DNA of 64,000 bases from Octopus vulgaris (Eukaryota). The stretch covers positions 34,968,001 through 35,032,000 of the forward strand of contig OX597837.1 of the NCBI GenBank assembly GCA_951406725.2. The letters are read 5' to 3'. Made by a program: the position numbers and the translations under genes. This document shows positions 12,229 to 24,908 of this stretch, one piece after another. The notes under the pieces were generated by a model, which saw only the letters and a program-made list of their open reading frames with translations, did not search any database and was not told where the DNA came from. The first letter of the stretch is position 1, and every line of letters starts with the position of its first letter.

Positions 12229-12599
12229 TATACACACACACACACACATGCTTCACTCAACTAATATACTTCACCCACAAATTTTTAACCCTTTACATAA
12301 CTCAGCACGACCAACAATGGGGTACTGCACCCATATGTGAGAATGCTGCTGCTATAAGTACAGAAATATCTTAGCCAAATGTTTCTCTTAACAGAATGGG
12401 GGCTGTGAGGACAGAAAATAGAGTAAACAAATTGCCAGGTTTAATAAAATTAAGGTTTTAAAATCTTGAACAGACATGGTTGTGTGGCTTCAGATTCAGT
12501 AGTACTACAGTGCAGCATCTTGGGAAAATGTCTCCAACTGTAGCCCCGGACCAACCAATGCCATGTGAGCAGATTTAGTAGACAGAAACTGTGTAGAAG

Positions 12600-12634
<35 letters not shown>

Positions 12635-13535
12635 CGCGCACATGCATACTTTTGTGCTTGCATTTGTTCCCCTGTGGCTGTGTTTGTATTTGTCATGCCT
12701 GACAACCAGCATTAGCTTATTCTAAGTTTTTGTAACTAAGCAGTTCAGCAAAAGAGATCAACAGAATAAGTATGAGACTTAAAAATAAGTACAGGGACAA
12801 TTTGTTTGACTAAAATCCCTTGAAAGCAGTGTCTCAGCATGACCGTGCAGTCTAATGTCTGAAACACATAAAAGACAAAAGGTTACCCAACTCCACAGTG
12901 ACAAAAGAATCATATGGATGCAAAATCTAGCTTGACTTCACATTATAAAAAGGGGACAGAGGAGCAAAACAGTTCACTAATATTTGGAGTGGGTCATGTA
13001 ATGGTCAGTTTAGGAAGCACTGTCCCACAGCACCAGGCTGATTGACCCACAGGTTTACTGCCATCTGTCTTTTCTACTGCAACTACAATGATCTTTGCTC
13101 CTAGGAACTAGCTGGTCTTGTACCATTTTGTATCATCCAGGTATTTTCAATTCGTCTCTTGTCTTTCCTCTGCTTATTACTTATACTGTGTCCACCAAAT
13201 ATCCACCCCTATACCCCATATTAATCGCACTCCCCAATCTTTCTTCCCCAAAACAGCAACCACCTGAGATTCTGTCACTTCTTTTTTTTTTTTTCCTCCC
13301 TGCAGCAGCCATTGACTTCAAATGTTCAAAAGAAACATTAATCACATCGATCTCATTGGTTTCCAAGGGTCTGTCAAGGCCAGGGACACAACCCTTTCAT
13401 CCAATAATTAAATAAAAGAAAAAAAACATGTGACATACAGGGTATAAATCAAGAATATAATTGCATTCATACAAACATCAATTCAGGGCAATTCACATAA
13501 CATGTACAGGAATATCTTTTAATACCTACATACAC

Positions 13536-13806
13536 ATTCACACAAACATAAATATAGATAATTCACACACACCTAAGATGGGCAGGCAAAAAAATACACA
13601 TTATTTAGACAACACATATATTCACACAAATATATTCACGCACATCACATATACATACATATTCACACAAACATAAATACAAATAATTCACACACACCTA
13701 AGATGGACAGGCAAAAAAATACACATTATTTAGACAACACATATATTCACACAAATATATTCACGCACATCACATATACATACATATTCACACACGCATA
13801 AATATA
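13536..13806. repeat. Local tandem duplication, 125-bp period, about 2.2 copies
   Basis: ATTCACAC unit starts at 13536, 13661 and 13786. CCTAAGATGG(G/A)CAGGCAAAAAAATACAC occurs in both full copies. Confidence 0.9.
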
Positions 13807-14254
13807 CATAAGATACAGACAAATTCACACAAACAAATACATATAACATAAAATATACAGCCACACAACATAAAGACAAACACTCATAACATATGCAGGT
13901 ACATTTCACACATACATAAATGCAAATATACATACACAGGTACATAAACACACATCGTTTAACATACATACATACATACATACATACATACACAACTACT
14001 TAACAGCTTTTTATCTAGAATCTTTTGATTAGTGTAGCAAGTCTATCAAGTTATTTTAGTTCTTAGAGCTTTAGAGTTAGAATAATGTGGTGCCATGTTG
14101 AAAGATACACTGGCAAATAAAAGCAAAAATGAAAAACAAAGAAAACAGAAAAAAAAAATAATGCTTTTTCTACAGCAACAACAACAACAACAAGAATAAA
14201 AATAGGTTTTAATTTAGGCACAAGGACATCGTGTGGGTGGGGAAAGGGTTTGTC

Positions 14255-14483
14255 CAGTGGTTTTCAGTCAAGGTCCATATAGCCCTTGGGGGGGTCCATA
14301 CAAGATTTTGTTGTTGAATTTTACGTGCAAAATATTTTAAGAATTGTTTTCATACAATTCCCAATAAAATTTAATTATGAAAATATAATATGATGTTTTT
14401 AAACAAGGAGTGGTTCTGAGGGTTCACCTCAATAAAATAGGAACCGAAAAGGTCTAAAGGCAAAAAATGGTTGAGAAATATTG
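14255..14483 (+). mobile_element. Decayed hAT-type MITE
   Basis: CAGTGGTTTTCA ... TGGTTGAGAAATATTG termini. Same family as 15293-15732 and 21600-22313. Confidence 0.55.
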
Positions 14484-15292
14484 GGTCAATCACACTGAAC
14501 CTTACCCCCTCTACTTGAATTGTTCTTTAATTTATCAATCCAAGAAGGACAAATAACAAAATTGATCTCAATGAGATTTGAACTCAGAGTCCAAAGAGCT
14601 AGACTAAATTCCACAAGGTGTTATAGAAAATAAAATGCTTTTGTGGTATAGAAAAAAATAAATGCCTCATGATATAGAAAAAAAAAGCCTCTACATTCTG
14701 AGTTCAAATCCTACAAAGTCAACTTTACTGCCATCATTCTGATGAAGTAAAAGTACAGTACCAGTCAAATAGTGGAGTTGATCTAATTGACAAAATACCT
14801 CCCACTAAAGTTGCTAGCCTTGTAGCTACATTAGAAGCATCATCATCAGTTAATGTTCATTTTCCATGCTGGCATGGGTTGGACAGTTTGGCAGGAGCTG
14901 GCAAGTCAGAAGTCAGCGCCAAGCTTGATTGACTACTTTAGCATAATTTCCACAGACAGATGTCCTTCCTAATTCCAACGACTTTGCAGAGCATATTGGG
15001 TACCTCGTATAGGACACAGGCAGTAGTGAGGTCATGAAGTAAATTGCAAAGCAAGCTCCCCACCTCAACTGAGTGGGGGGTAATATCAAGGGAGATGGCT
15101 TTGTGGCTGGTGATGAGAGGTTAGAGTATGAATAGAGGAGCAGAAATAAGTGTCTTGCATTAAAGGAGATACATGGCTACCTGGCTACCTCAGTAGGGGA
15201 AAGAGGAGAGAGAAAGAGAGATGGGAGAGAAGATGGAGAAAAGGTGATGGGATGTGACTGGACACTCAAGATACAGGGAGTTGTATGTAAGT

Positions 15293-15732
15293 GAGTGGTT
15301 CCCAACCAGGGTCCATAGACCCCCTTGTGGTCCATATACGATTTTGGGGGCTCCACATAAGCAAAATAGTAATTACAGACACACAATAGTATGTGAAGGG
15401 TCCATGAAAAATTTTGCGTTAGATGTATTTAATTTAAGAAACAACTAGATTTCTTTCTCTGACAGTTATATGACATTCATCTAATCCAGTGGTTCCCAAT
15501 CTTTTCACAGAGGTTCCTAACAGTGGTTTCCAGCCCTTGTATTTAAATGAGTTTTCCTATGGACCCCTTTTAACATGCAGTCTGCACAAGTGAATGTGTG
15601 ATACACAAAATAGGAATTTTGAAAGAAATATCTATAAAACTAGATTTGCACGTCGAATGGCTATGGGGGAATCTACCAGAATAAAATCATAATCAAAAGG
15701 GTCCATAGACAAAAAATGGTTGAGAACCACTG
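15293..15732 (+). mobile_element. hAT-type MITE carrying a captured copy of 17025-17128
   Basis: Termini are (G)AGTGGTTCCCAACC and GGTTGAGAACCACTG. An internal second left end starts at ~15488. Confidence 0.7.
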
Positions 15733-16318
15733 ATATAAGTGAGGAGGAACCAAGGATTGGATAGGGTGAGTGGGTGGATAAGTCTGTGAGATTGCGAAAG
15801 GAGAGTGGGAGGTGGAGGAGAGGGAATGTAGTGAGTGGACTCAAGTAGAGGCTGTTGTTGTTGTTATGTTGTTGTAGATGAAATCAAAATAACAGTAGCA
15901 ATGATAATAAATAGATTTATTGGCTACAAGAGACCAAGACATTGGAGACAGTCGGTACAAAGACAAAAAAGATAGAGAGATTAAGAACAAGAACAACAAC
16001 AAGAGCAAAATGAACATAATATAATTAATAACAATAAATGATATTGACTATCGATGTGTACAGTTATATTAGTCTTAGCATTGTGGAAGACTGGAGAAAA
16101 TAGTGGACAACACACACACACTAATGTGTGTGTGTGTGTGTGTGTGTTTGTATGTGTGTGTATTGGGCCTCATAGAGGCAACAACCAAGACCTTTGGCAT
16201 TATCTTGTGCTTGAGAAGACACATGAAGCCAAGCAAAATCAGTCGTGGCAGATACTGGTGTCACGCAAATTGACACACGTGCCGGTGGCACATAAACCCA
16301 CCCTGGTGTCATGCAAAT

Positions 16319-16362
<44 letters not shown>

Positions 16363-16536
16363 CATACATACATACATATACACACACACATATATATATA
16401 TATACACATGTATGTACATATGAGTGTGTGTGTATGTACATATATATATGTTTATGTGTGTGTGTGAATATACATATATAGCCACTACACACATTTTTTT
16501 TCTCTCCTTGTGTCTCTCCTTGTTTTTTCTGTGTCC

Positions 16537-16572
16537 CTTTCTGTAGAAGAGCATAGGCTCGAAACGTAAAAG
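16537..16572 (+). ncRNA. Minimal type I hammerhead-like motif with a CUGUAGA core variant
   Basis: CTTT-CTGTAGA-A-GAGC-ATAG-GCTC-GAAAC-GTA-AAAG. Stem I CTTT/AAAG, stem II GAGC/GCTC, palindromic ACGT stem III, GUA triplet. Confidence 0.55.
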
Positions 16573-17041
16573 ACTTTTTCTATTCTTGAGCGTTATACTA
16601 ATACATCTGTTTGTTTTGTACACCAACTGTCTTCATCTTTTGTTTTTTTCGTAAACTCTCCCTATATATATATGAATATAGATATGTGTGTGTATACATA
16701 TACACACTTAAATTTACATATATAATGAATTACATACATAAATATATAAATATACATACATATATACATAAACACACACACGCACACACACACACACACA
16801 TATACATGTTTATTCATGTGTGTGTCTGTGTGTCTGTGTCTGTGTGTTTGTTAACATCTGTGCTCTCTTATATTGGGAGCGGGGTGTTGTTGGCACTTCC
16901 CTGTCAATAAATCATCTGCAAGGCTCATGCTGTCATGGCTACATGGAATAAGAGAAGCTTTACTTGAAAAACATGTACAGATTAGCATCAGTAAGGGCAT
17001 CCAGCAATAAAACAAAACATCAACATGATATTCATCTAATC

Positions 17042-17441
17042 CAGTAGTTTCCAACCTTTTCACAAAGGTTCCCAACAGCAGTTTCCTTGTATTTGAATGA
17101 GTTTTCTCACGGACCCCTTTTAACATGCTTATCCTTATGTGTGTGTATGCATATATATATGTGACCGCGTGCGTACCGTTGGCGATTTTTTTTCCTCCAC
17201 CTTCCCTTCTCTGGGTCTTTCCTTTTCCTATGTTTCTGACGAAGAACTCTGCTCGAAATGTAAAACCCTCTTTCTTCCCTTCCTTCCTGAGCGTCCAATA
17301 ATACTATATTTGTTCCACATCCTCGTGTTGTTGTGTTTTCTCTTTGTGTTTTTATGTTTGGATTTGAAATTAGTTCATGGACCCCCAGTACTACCTTTGA
17401 AGATCACCAGGGTTCCGCAGACCACAAGTTGGGAACCACTG
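17042..17441. mobile_element. hAT-type MITE with a perfect 8-bp TSD
   Basis: TIRs CAGTAGTTTCCAAC / GTTGGGAACCACTG. ATCTAATC occurs at 17034-17041 and 17442-17449. It is inserted into an RTE-tail element and holds a nested HHR-bearing insert. Confidence 0.85.
17232..17266 (+). ncRNA. Minimal type I hammerhead motif inside a ~200-bp element (17160-17365)
   Basis: GTTT-CTGACGA-AGAACTCTGCTC-GAAATGTA-AAAC. A second family copy lies on the minus strand at 37005-37040 (CTGACGAAGAGCTCCGCTCGAAAC). Confidence 0.6.
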
Positions 17442-18387
17442 ATCTAATCCATGCTAGCATGGGAAAAATGGACGTAAAACAAATGAACACTATACATTCC
17501 CATCTCTCCTCACACTCTTATAAAATCACCCATCTTCTCTTCCCCCACTGTCCTTATCCTCTCTTATGCTCCCCTCCTTTGTCCTCAAGGGTTTGCTCCA
17601 GCACCAAAACACTACAATCTTATCTTCTTCCCAGATAATCCCATCCTTGTATAATGTGAGGTTGCCATATATTCTTCTATAGGAACACGCCTGTGCTTGT
17701 GCTTCTGTCATACAGTAGCCTCTCAACAGGCATAAAACCACATCATTCTTTCAAGTACTGTCTCCACTTAGTCGAGGGGGTTTTTCCTTTGTTCTTTTCC
17801 TGTTTTGCATGTTACTTGGCAACCTCCATGTAAAAAAAAAGCACCCAGTACATGATGTGAAGTAAAATAGTTGGCATTAGGAAGACTATACAGTCATAGA
17901 AACCAAGGGTGACATTGGAGCTTGACACAGACCTGCGGTTTGTCAGATCCTCTCAAACCATTCAATCTATGCCACATAGAAAATAGATGTTAAATGACAA
18001 CAGTGATATATTACATAAGTGTGTGTGCGTGTGTTTTTAAGTATATGCTTGTATAAGTGTGTATGTATACACACACACATGCACACATGTCTCGTACATA
18101 TGTCATCATCATCATTTAACATCCGTTTTGCCAACAGACATGGTGCAGACAGTTTTGACAGGAGCCGGAACATTCAAAATACTGCACCAGACTTGATTGT
18201 CTGCTTTGGTATGGTTTCTACAGCTGGATGCCCTGCCTCACACCAACCGCTTTACAAAGTGTACAGCATGCGTTTTATGTACCAACATACACAAACACAC
18301 ATATGTACGTACATACATTCATACATACATAAACACACAGCATAGTAGATGAAAGATGGATATTAAATGAGGATGGTGTATATATAT

Positions 18388-18538
<151 letters not shown>

Positions 18539-18615
18539 GTCTTTTGGACCATCCATACATACATATCATGCTAGCATGGAATGGATGCTAAACAATGATG
18601 ATGATGATATATATA

Positions 18616-18887
18616 TTCTTTTATTCTTTTACTTATTTCAATCATTTGACTGTGATCATGCTGGAGCACCACCTTGAAGGGTTTTAGTCAAACAAATTGA
18701 CCCCAGCATATATATATATACATACACGAAGGGCTTCTTTCAGTTTCCATCTACCACATCCACTCACAAGGCTTTGGTCAGCTTGAGGGTATAGTAGAAG
18801 ACACTTGTCCAAGGTGCCACGCAATAGGACTGAACCCAGAACTATGAGGTTGAAAAGCAAGCTTCTTACCACACAGCCATGCCTGTG
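18616..18887 (-). mobile_element. tRNA-derived SINE family B (CORE-like GTGGCACCTTGGGCAAGTG), internally deleted
   Basis: Head and tail match the full-length copy at 36146-36565. Confidence 0.75.
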
Positions 18888-19696
18888 TCTATATATATAT
18901 ATGTGCATTTATATACATACACACATTTTCATATCATTAATGCATATATTAAACCACATGAATATAATTGTATATAAGGAAGTAGAGGATTCAATGCAAG
19001 ATATAGAAATGTGTGCATGTGTGTTTACATGTTCACATACATGTTTGCGTGTGTGTGTATCTACACAAGGAGTGTCTGCATGTATGTGTGAATGTATGTG
19101 ACTGCAAGAGTGTATGTGTATCTGTATGTGTGTGAGGTCATTCTTTCTTGATTAGTGTGCATTATGTATATGCTAGTACATAAGCAAGTACAAAAACATG
19201 TGGCATGCATATATACACAGACAAATATCTTGAAAGCACACACATGCACATTAAACATGTACACATACATACATACATACAAACACACACGTTTCAAAGA
19301 TGTGTCCGATCAAGCCAACACATGGCAATGTGCACAAACAGATACACACACATACGCACAGACACACGCATACATAGACTCGAACATGCAAAAATACAAA
19401 CACACATACATGCACAAACACACACATATGTACAAATACAAATACACACACAGAGATGCGCAAACACATACATATACACAAACACACACATATCATTATC
19501 TGGGGAGTTCATAAGTGAAGTTTATAGGTTTTTATCAGTTTGCCATCAAACTTCTGTCTTTGCGGATAATCAAATGGCAGAAATCTAGGCTTATAGGTCA
19601 AACTAACACCAACGTAAAAATAATAATATAAATAATTATTAACAACACTGTCATTATTATCAATGCTGTCATTATTATTGCTGTCATTAACAATAA

Positions 19697-19727
<31 letters not shown>

Positions 19728-21599
19728 ATTAACAATACATAAAAATTATAGTACATGGCCAGAGTTGGAATTCTTCTAGTATTCTTCATGACACTTTTAT
19801 TAATTATAATTTTGAATCCATGTTGATTAGAAATGCAGATAATTATATTCTATCTCCGTTACATTATCAGCGATCTTTTTTGTAATTCGACAGCTAAACA
19901 TGATTACAATCGGGACATTTGGATGAATTTATCATCATGTGTCATTGTTTATGCGCAATAAAATGGAGAGTTTATGCTTGTTTTTTAATTAAATTACAAG
20001 AGAAGTGTCACTTCAGGCCTTTAGCCCAGCAAATTACCAAGTAAGCATCACTAGTACTGGTGCTACAAAAGGAGCATTAAGTATGCTCTGCAAAGTGGTT
20101 GGTGTGTTAGGAAGGGCACCTTGCCATAAAAACCATGCCAAAGCATGGTTTTTACTGGAATATAACATATCTTCCAACTCATTAGATACTATGGAGAAAC
20201 TGGACATTAGATGAAGCCAATAAGGATGATGAAAACACTACTCTTCCCATACATGATAAATGCTCACAAGAGAGGCATGAACATCGTGAATATCCATTTA
20301 CTTGCCCCTGTTACTGTGAAGCTTCATACTGTTAACTATATAAGCAAGTTTTCATTTTCACTTTCAACAAATGAGTGGATCTGAGGGTGGTGAAAATGAT
20401 GACATTTGCCCAAGATGTCCTTTTCTTTAAGATCAGGTCCACCCATACACTGTAAGTGAAATTGGGCAGATGGAAACTGTACAGAAACCTGTCAGGCAGA
20501 TTTAAAAAGGTAACAGCCTTGTCACACACTGTGTCACACAGATACTGCCTGAGAACTACATTAAGGGGATACATGTCTATAGCACTCATACATCAATTTA
20601 GAAACATGTGTGCATGCACATGCACATGTGTGTTTGCACCATGTTGTCTTGACATTACATGACAGTTGTAAAACGAGCGTCACTGTCATACAAGCAGTGT
20701 CATTCATTTCCTACCTTCTGTGATAACATGTGCAGTCAAGTATGGGAGGTGATGACAACGAGAAGAGCATACAGCCATAGAAAGTCTGCTTCAACAAATT
20801 CCTTCTGATATATGCAAGCATGTAAAAGAGATTATCAAAACAGTGATGATGATGATGCATATCATCATCATCATTATTTCACATCTGTTTTCCATGTGGG
20901 CATGGGTTGGTTGAATGGTTTCACAAAATCTATTGAGCCAGATGACCATATCAAGCTCCAAAAATCTGCTTTGGCATGGTTTCTACAGATGGATGCCCTT
21001 CCTAACAGCATCCACTTCACAAAGTGCACTAGGTGCTTTTTATGCGACACTAAATAACTTGTAGGACAAGGCCCCTTAACTGAGGGGCTGAGGCATAGTA
21101 CTGAGAGAGGTGATTTTATACCAGTTAATGAGAGTTGAAAGTATGACAGTGAGACAGAAACAGGTGTTGTGCAGAAGAGGAAATACATGGCTCTCTCGGA
21201 TGGAAGAAGAGAAAAGATGGTGGTGAAGAGGTGTCAGGGTGTACCAAAATTGGACAGGGTGAATGAGTAGGTAAGTTTGTGAGAATGTGAAAGGAGAATG
21301 GCAGGGAGACAAAGATAGAAACAGAGTCTAACAGTTTAACAATCCAAGAGTCAGAAAACAAACAGGTCCTCATATATTTGGCCACAGAGTGGGTATATTA
21401 ATATTTATACAATACAGTGTTACAGGCCCATTTCAATCAATTTGACCAGTCAGTCTCAAAGACAAAAATTTAAGAAAACAAATCTTGGCATTCACCAGAA
21501 GGGCAGGTAGGAAGAGTATGGCATGGGCTCTATGCAAAGAGTCAGCACTATACTCTTCTTACCAACCCTTTGGTGAGTGCTGAGATAGACATATTAAAA

Positions 21600-22313
21600 C
21601 TGTGGTTCTCAACCATTTTTGGCTTATGAACCCCTATGCCAGTGCAGCATAACCGGCCCATCTAAGAGTACCCTTCAATCATTGGGCAATAAATTGTGCT
21701 TGTGAAGACCTGCTGAGTCAAGTGAAGTCATTGTTGTGGTCAATGACAGTACTACCCAATTGGCACTCATGCCGGTGGCACATAAAAAGCACCATTCGAA
21801 TGTGGTCATTGCCAGTGCTGGTTGACTGGCTTCCGTGCTGGTGGCATGTAAAAAGCACCATTCAAGTGTGGTTGATATCAGTATTGCTTGACTGGCCCTC
21901 ATGCCAGTGGCAAGTTAAAAGCACCCACTACACTCTCGGAGTGGTTGGCGTTAGGAAGGGCATCAAACAGTAGAAACTTTGCCAGATCAGATTGGAGCCT
22001 GGTGCAGCCTCCTAGCTTGCCAATCCCCCAGTCAAACCGTCCAACCCATACCAGCATAAAAAGCAGACGTTAAACTACTATGATGATGATGATGATGATG
22101 GACCCCATTGATTCTTATTTTACTCTACATGACCCCTATGTTTTAAAAAATCCTATTATATTTTTATTATTAAATATTATTAGGAAATGTATATAAAATT
22201 GTTAAAATATTTTGTGCATTGTAGAAGTGTAAGCAATTTATTGCACATAAACTTTAACAACAAAATATTATGGCCCCCTCCAGGGTCATATGTGCCCCAG
22301 TTGAAAACCACTG
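21600..22313 (-). mobile_element. hAT-type MITE split by an RTE-tail element
   Basis: Termini CTGTGGTTCTCAACC / GTTGAAAACCACTG. Degenerate 8-bp TSD TATTAAAA / CATTAGAA. Confidence 0.65.
21635..22097 (+). mobile_element. Non-autonomous element with an RTE-type 3' end and (GAT)n tail
   Basis: GTTGGCGTTAGGAAGGGCATC...GTCAAACCGTCCAACCCAT...GACGTTAAAC-(TGA)n. TSD ATG(A/G)ACCCC at 21626-21634 and 22098-22106. Confidence 0.8.
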
Positions 22314-22633
22314 CATTAGAACATTGGATAAATTGCTCTGCAGTAATCATTATGGCTCTCTGAGCACCGAGTTCAAATCTCGTTGACATCAACTCTGCCA
22401 TTTATTGCCTAGGAGTCAGTAAATAAAGTACCAGCTGTGTACTGGTGTCAATTCTTCTCTTTCTTCAACTGTTTTTCTCTGTTTCTCTTTCTGGAAGAAA
22501 TTGTCTGGTAAGATCTGGGGAGGAATGGACTCTGCCAAGGTCTAAGATCTAAAAGTGACCATTACATGCAGTAGGTCATGACAGGAACCTCTGCAATTCA
22601 ATCAAAGAATTGAGTATCCATAGAAAAGCAAGT

Positions 22634-22681
<48 letters not shown>

Positions 22682-22819
22682 TACATATGTACACACACAC
22701 AAAAGTACAGAGATAGCTACATATATAAATACATAAATAGACAAAGAGAGAAAGACAAACTGGTAGAATGTTGTCTGTGTGTATATATGAAAGCATGCAT
22801 ATGCAAGTGTACATCATCG

Positions 22820-23320
22820 TGTGTGTGTGTGTGTTTGTATGTGTGTGTGTGTTTGTATGTGTATGTGTGTGTGTATGTGTTTGTATGAGTGTGTGTGTGT
22901 TTGTATATGTATGCGTGTGTGTGTATGTGCTTGTATGAGTGTGTGTGTGTGTTTGTATGTGTATGCGTGTGTGTGTGTGTGTATGTGTTTGTATGAGTGT
23001 GTGTGTGTTTGTATATGTATGCGTGTGTGTGTTTGTATGAGTGTGTGTGTGTTTGTATGTGTATGCGTGTGTGTGTGTGTGTTTGTATGAGTGTGTGTGT
23101 GTGTTTGTATGTGTATGCGTGTGTGTGTGTGTATGTGTTTGTATGAGTGTGTGTGTGTTTGTGTGTGTTTATATGTGTATGTGTGTGTATGTGTTTGTAT
23201 GAGTGTGTGTGTGTGTGTGTGTTTGTGTGTGTTTATATGTGTGTGTGTGTGTATGTGTTTGTATGAGTGTGTGTGTGTGTGTTTGTGTGTTTATATGTGT
23301 ATGTGTGTGTGTATGTGTGA
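22820..23320. repeat. Higher-order (TG)n-derived satellite with a recurring GTTTGTATGAGT motif
   Basis: Direct reading. Confidence 0.9.
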
Positions 23321-23573
23321 ATCGATTGGGTTGTATTTTGTTTCTCTCACTGTATGGTTTTTGACAGCTAGATATAAGATAAATTCAGAGGTGAACGGAG
23401 AGAAAGGGGGGGAGGGGCAGTGAGAAGGTTGGTGGGGGGGGGGGAGGGTAGAACGTTTGTTAGTTAAGAAGTGGGCATTGTTGAAATCGATAATTCACCT
23501 GTTTAGAAAGACATTCAATAGAAAGTTATTGAACACTGATATATATTTTGCTTCTGTAAGTGTGGATATGTGC

Positions 23574-23618
<45 letters not shown>

Positions 23619-24009
23619 AATGTGTTTGCACGAGCATATGGTGTGAGCAGTTGATTGTTAGGGTGTATACGTTGTCACTTTTATGTTCATGTAAGTGTGT
23701 ATATGCATGCGTGTTTGTGTATATATGTGAGTGTAATGAGTATGAATACCTTATACTCCCGACTCCCGCCGCATGTTTCTGAAATATTTCCTTTGTGTAT
23801 CTAAGATGGTGAAAGTGCGAAAGTGAAAGTGAAAGAGTGAAAGTGAGAGAGGGAGAGAAAGAAAGAGACAGAGACAGGCAGACTGAATTATTACATATAT
23901 TTCCTTTTTAATATTTCTGAATTGATTTCTTCTCTTTGTGTGCATGAATGCATGTATGCACGTACATGTGCTTCGTGTGTTAGTCAGAAAAGTAGGCTCA
24001 GCTTCTATG

Positions 24010-24570
24010 ACCTCTGTAAGTCCTCCAGTATTGGTGATATTAATGTTCACCCACCACTTTTGTAAGTCTCTAAGTCCTTCATCATCGGTGATATTACTGT
24101 TCACCCATCACCTCTGTATTGGTAATATTGACGTTCACCCAAGGCAGTGAGCTGGCAGAAACGTTAGCATACCGGGCGAAATGCTTAGCGGTATTTTGTC
24201 TGTCTTTATTTTCTGAGATCAAATTCCACCGAGGTCAACTTTGCCTTTCATCCTTTCGGAGTCGATAAATTAAGTACCGGTTGTGTACAGGGGTCAATCT
24301 AATTGACTGGCCCCATCCCTAAAAATTTCAGACCTTGTGCCTAGAGTAGAAAAGAATATTGATGTTCACCTATTGCCTTTGTAAGTCCTCTACTGTCAGT
24401 GATATTAATAGTCACTCATTACCACTATAAGTCCTTCACTATAGGTGATATTAATGCTGACCCATCATCTCTCCGGTATCACTGATATCAATGTTCACTC
24501 ATCACCTCTGTAGGTCCTTCACTATTGGTAATATCAATGTTTACCCTTAACCTTTCTATGTCCACCACTC
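24010..24570. repeat. Degenerate ~45-48 bp minisatellite interrupted by a SINE
   Basis: GTAAGTCC...GGTGATATTAATGTTCACC recurs on both sides of the SINE. Confidence 0.7.
24141..24354 (+). mobile_element. Full-length family A SINE with a ~16-bp TSD
   Basis: Starts AAGGCAGTGAGCTGGCAGAA. TSD AATATTGA(C/T)GTTCACC at 24124-24139 and 24355-24370. Confidence 0.9.
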
Positions 24571-24683
24571 AATGCATTGTATTAAATTTCTGATATCATG
24601 CAATGATTAAACACAGTATGTTACCATGCCCCCATGCAAGGATGTTCTCAAGTTCTCTAGTCAGAGATTCAGTAAATGAGACA

Positions 24684-24908
24684 TTTTTTCTACTCTAGGC
24701 ACAAGGCCCCCAATTTTTTTTTTTGGGGGGGGGGGGCAGTCGATTAGATCAACCCAAGTACGCAACTGGTACTTAATTTATCAACCCCCAAAAAGATGAA
24801 AAGGCAAAGTCGACCTCAGCAGAATTTGAACTCAGAACATAAAGACAGACGAAATACTGCTAAGCATTTCGTCTGGCATGCTAACATTTCTGCCAGCTTG
24901 CCACCTTT
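24684..24908 (-). mobile_element. Full-length family A SINE with a TSD
   Basis: TSD AGTAAATGAGA(C/T)ATT at 24671-24685 and 24909-24923. It is inverted relative to the copy 330 bp upstream. Confidence 0.9.
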
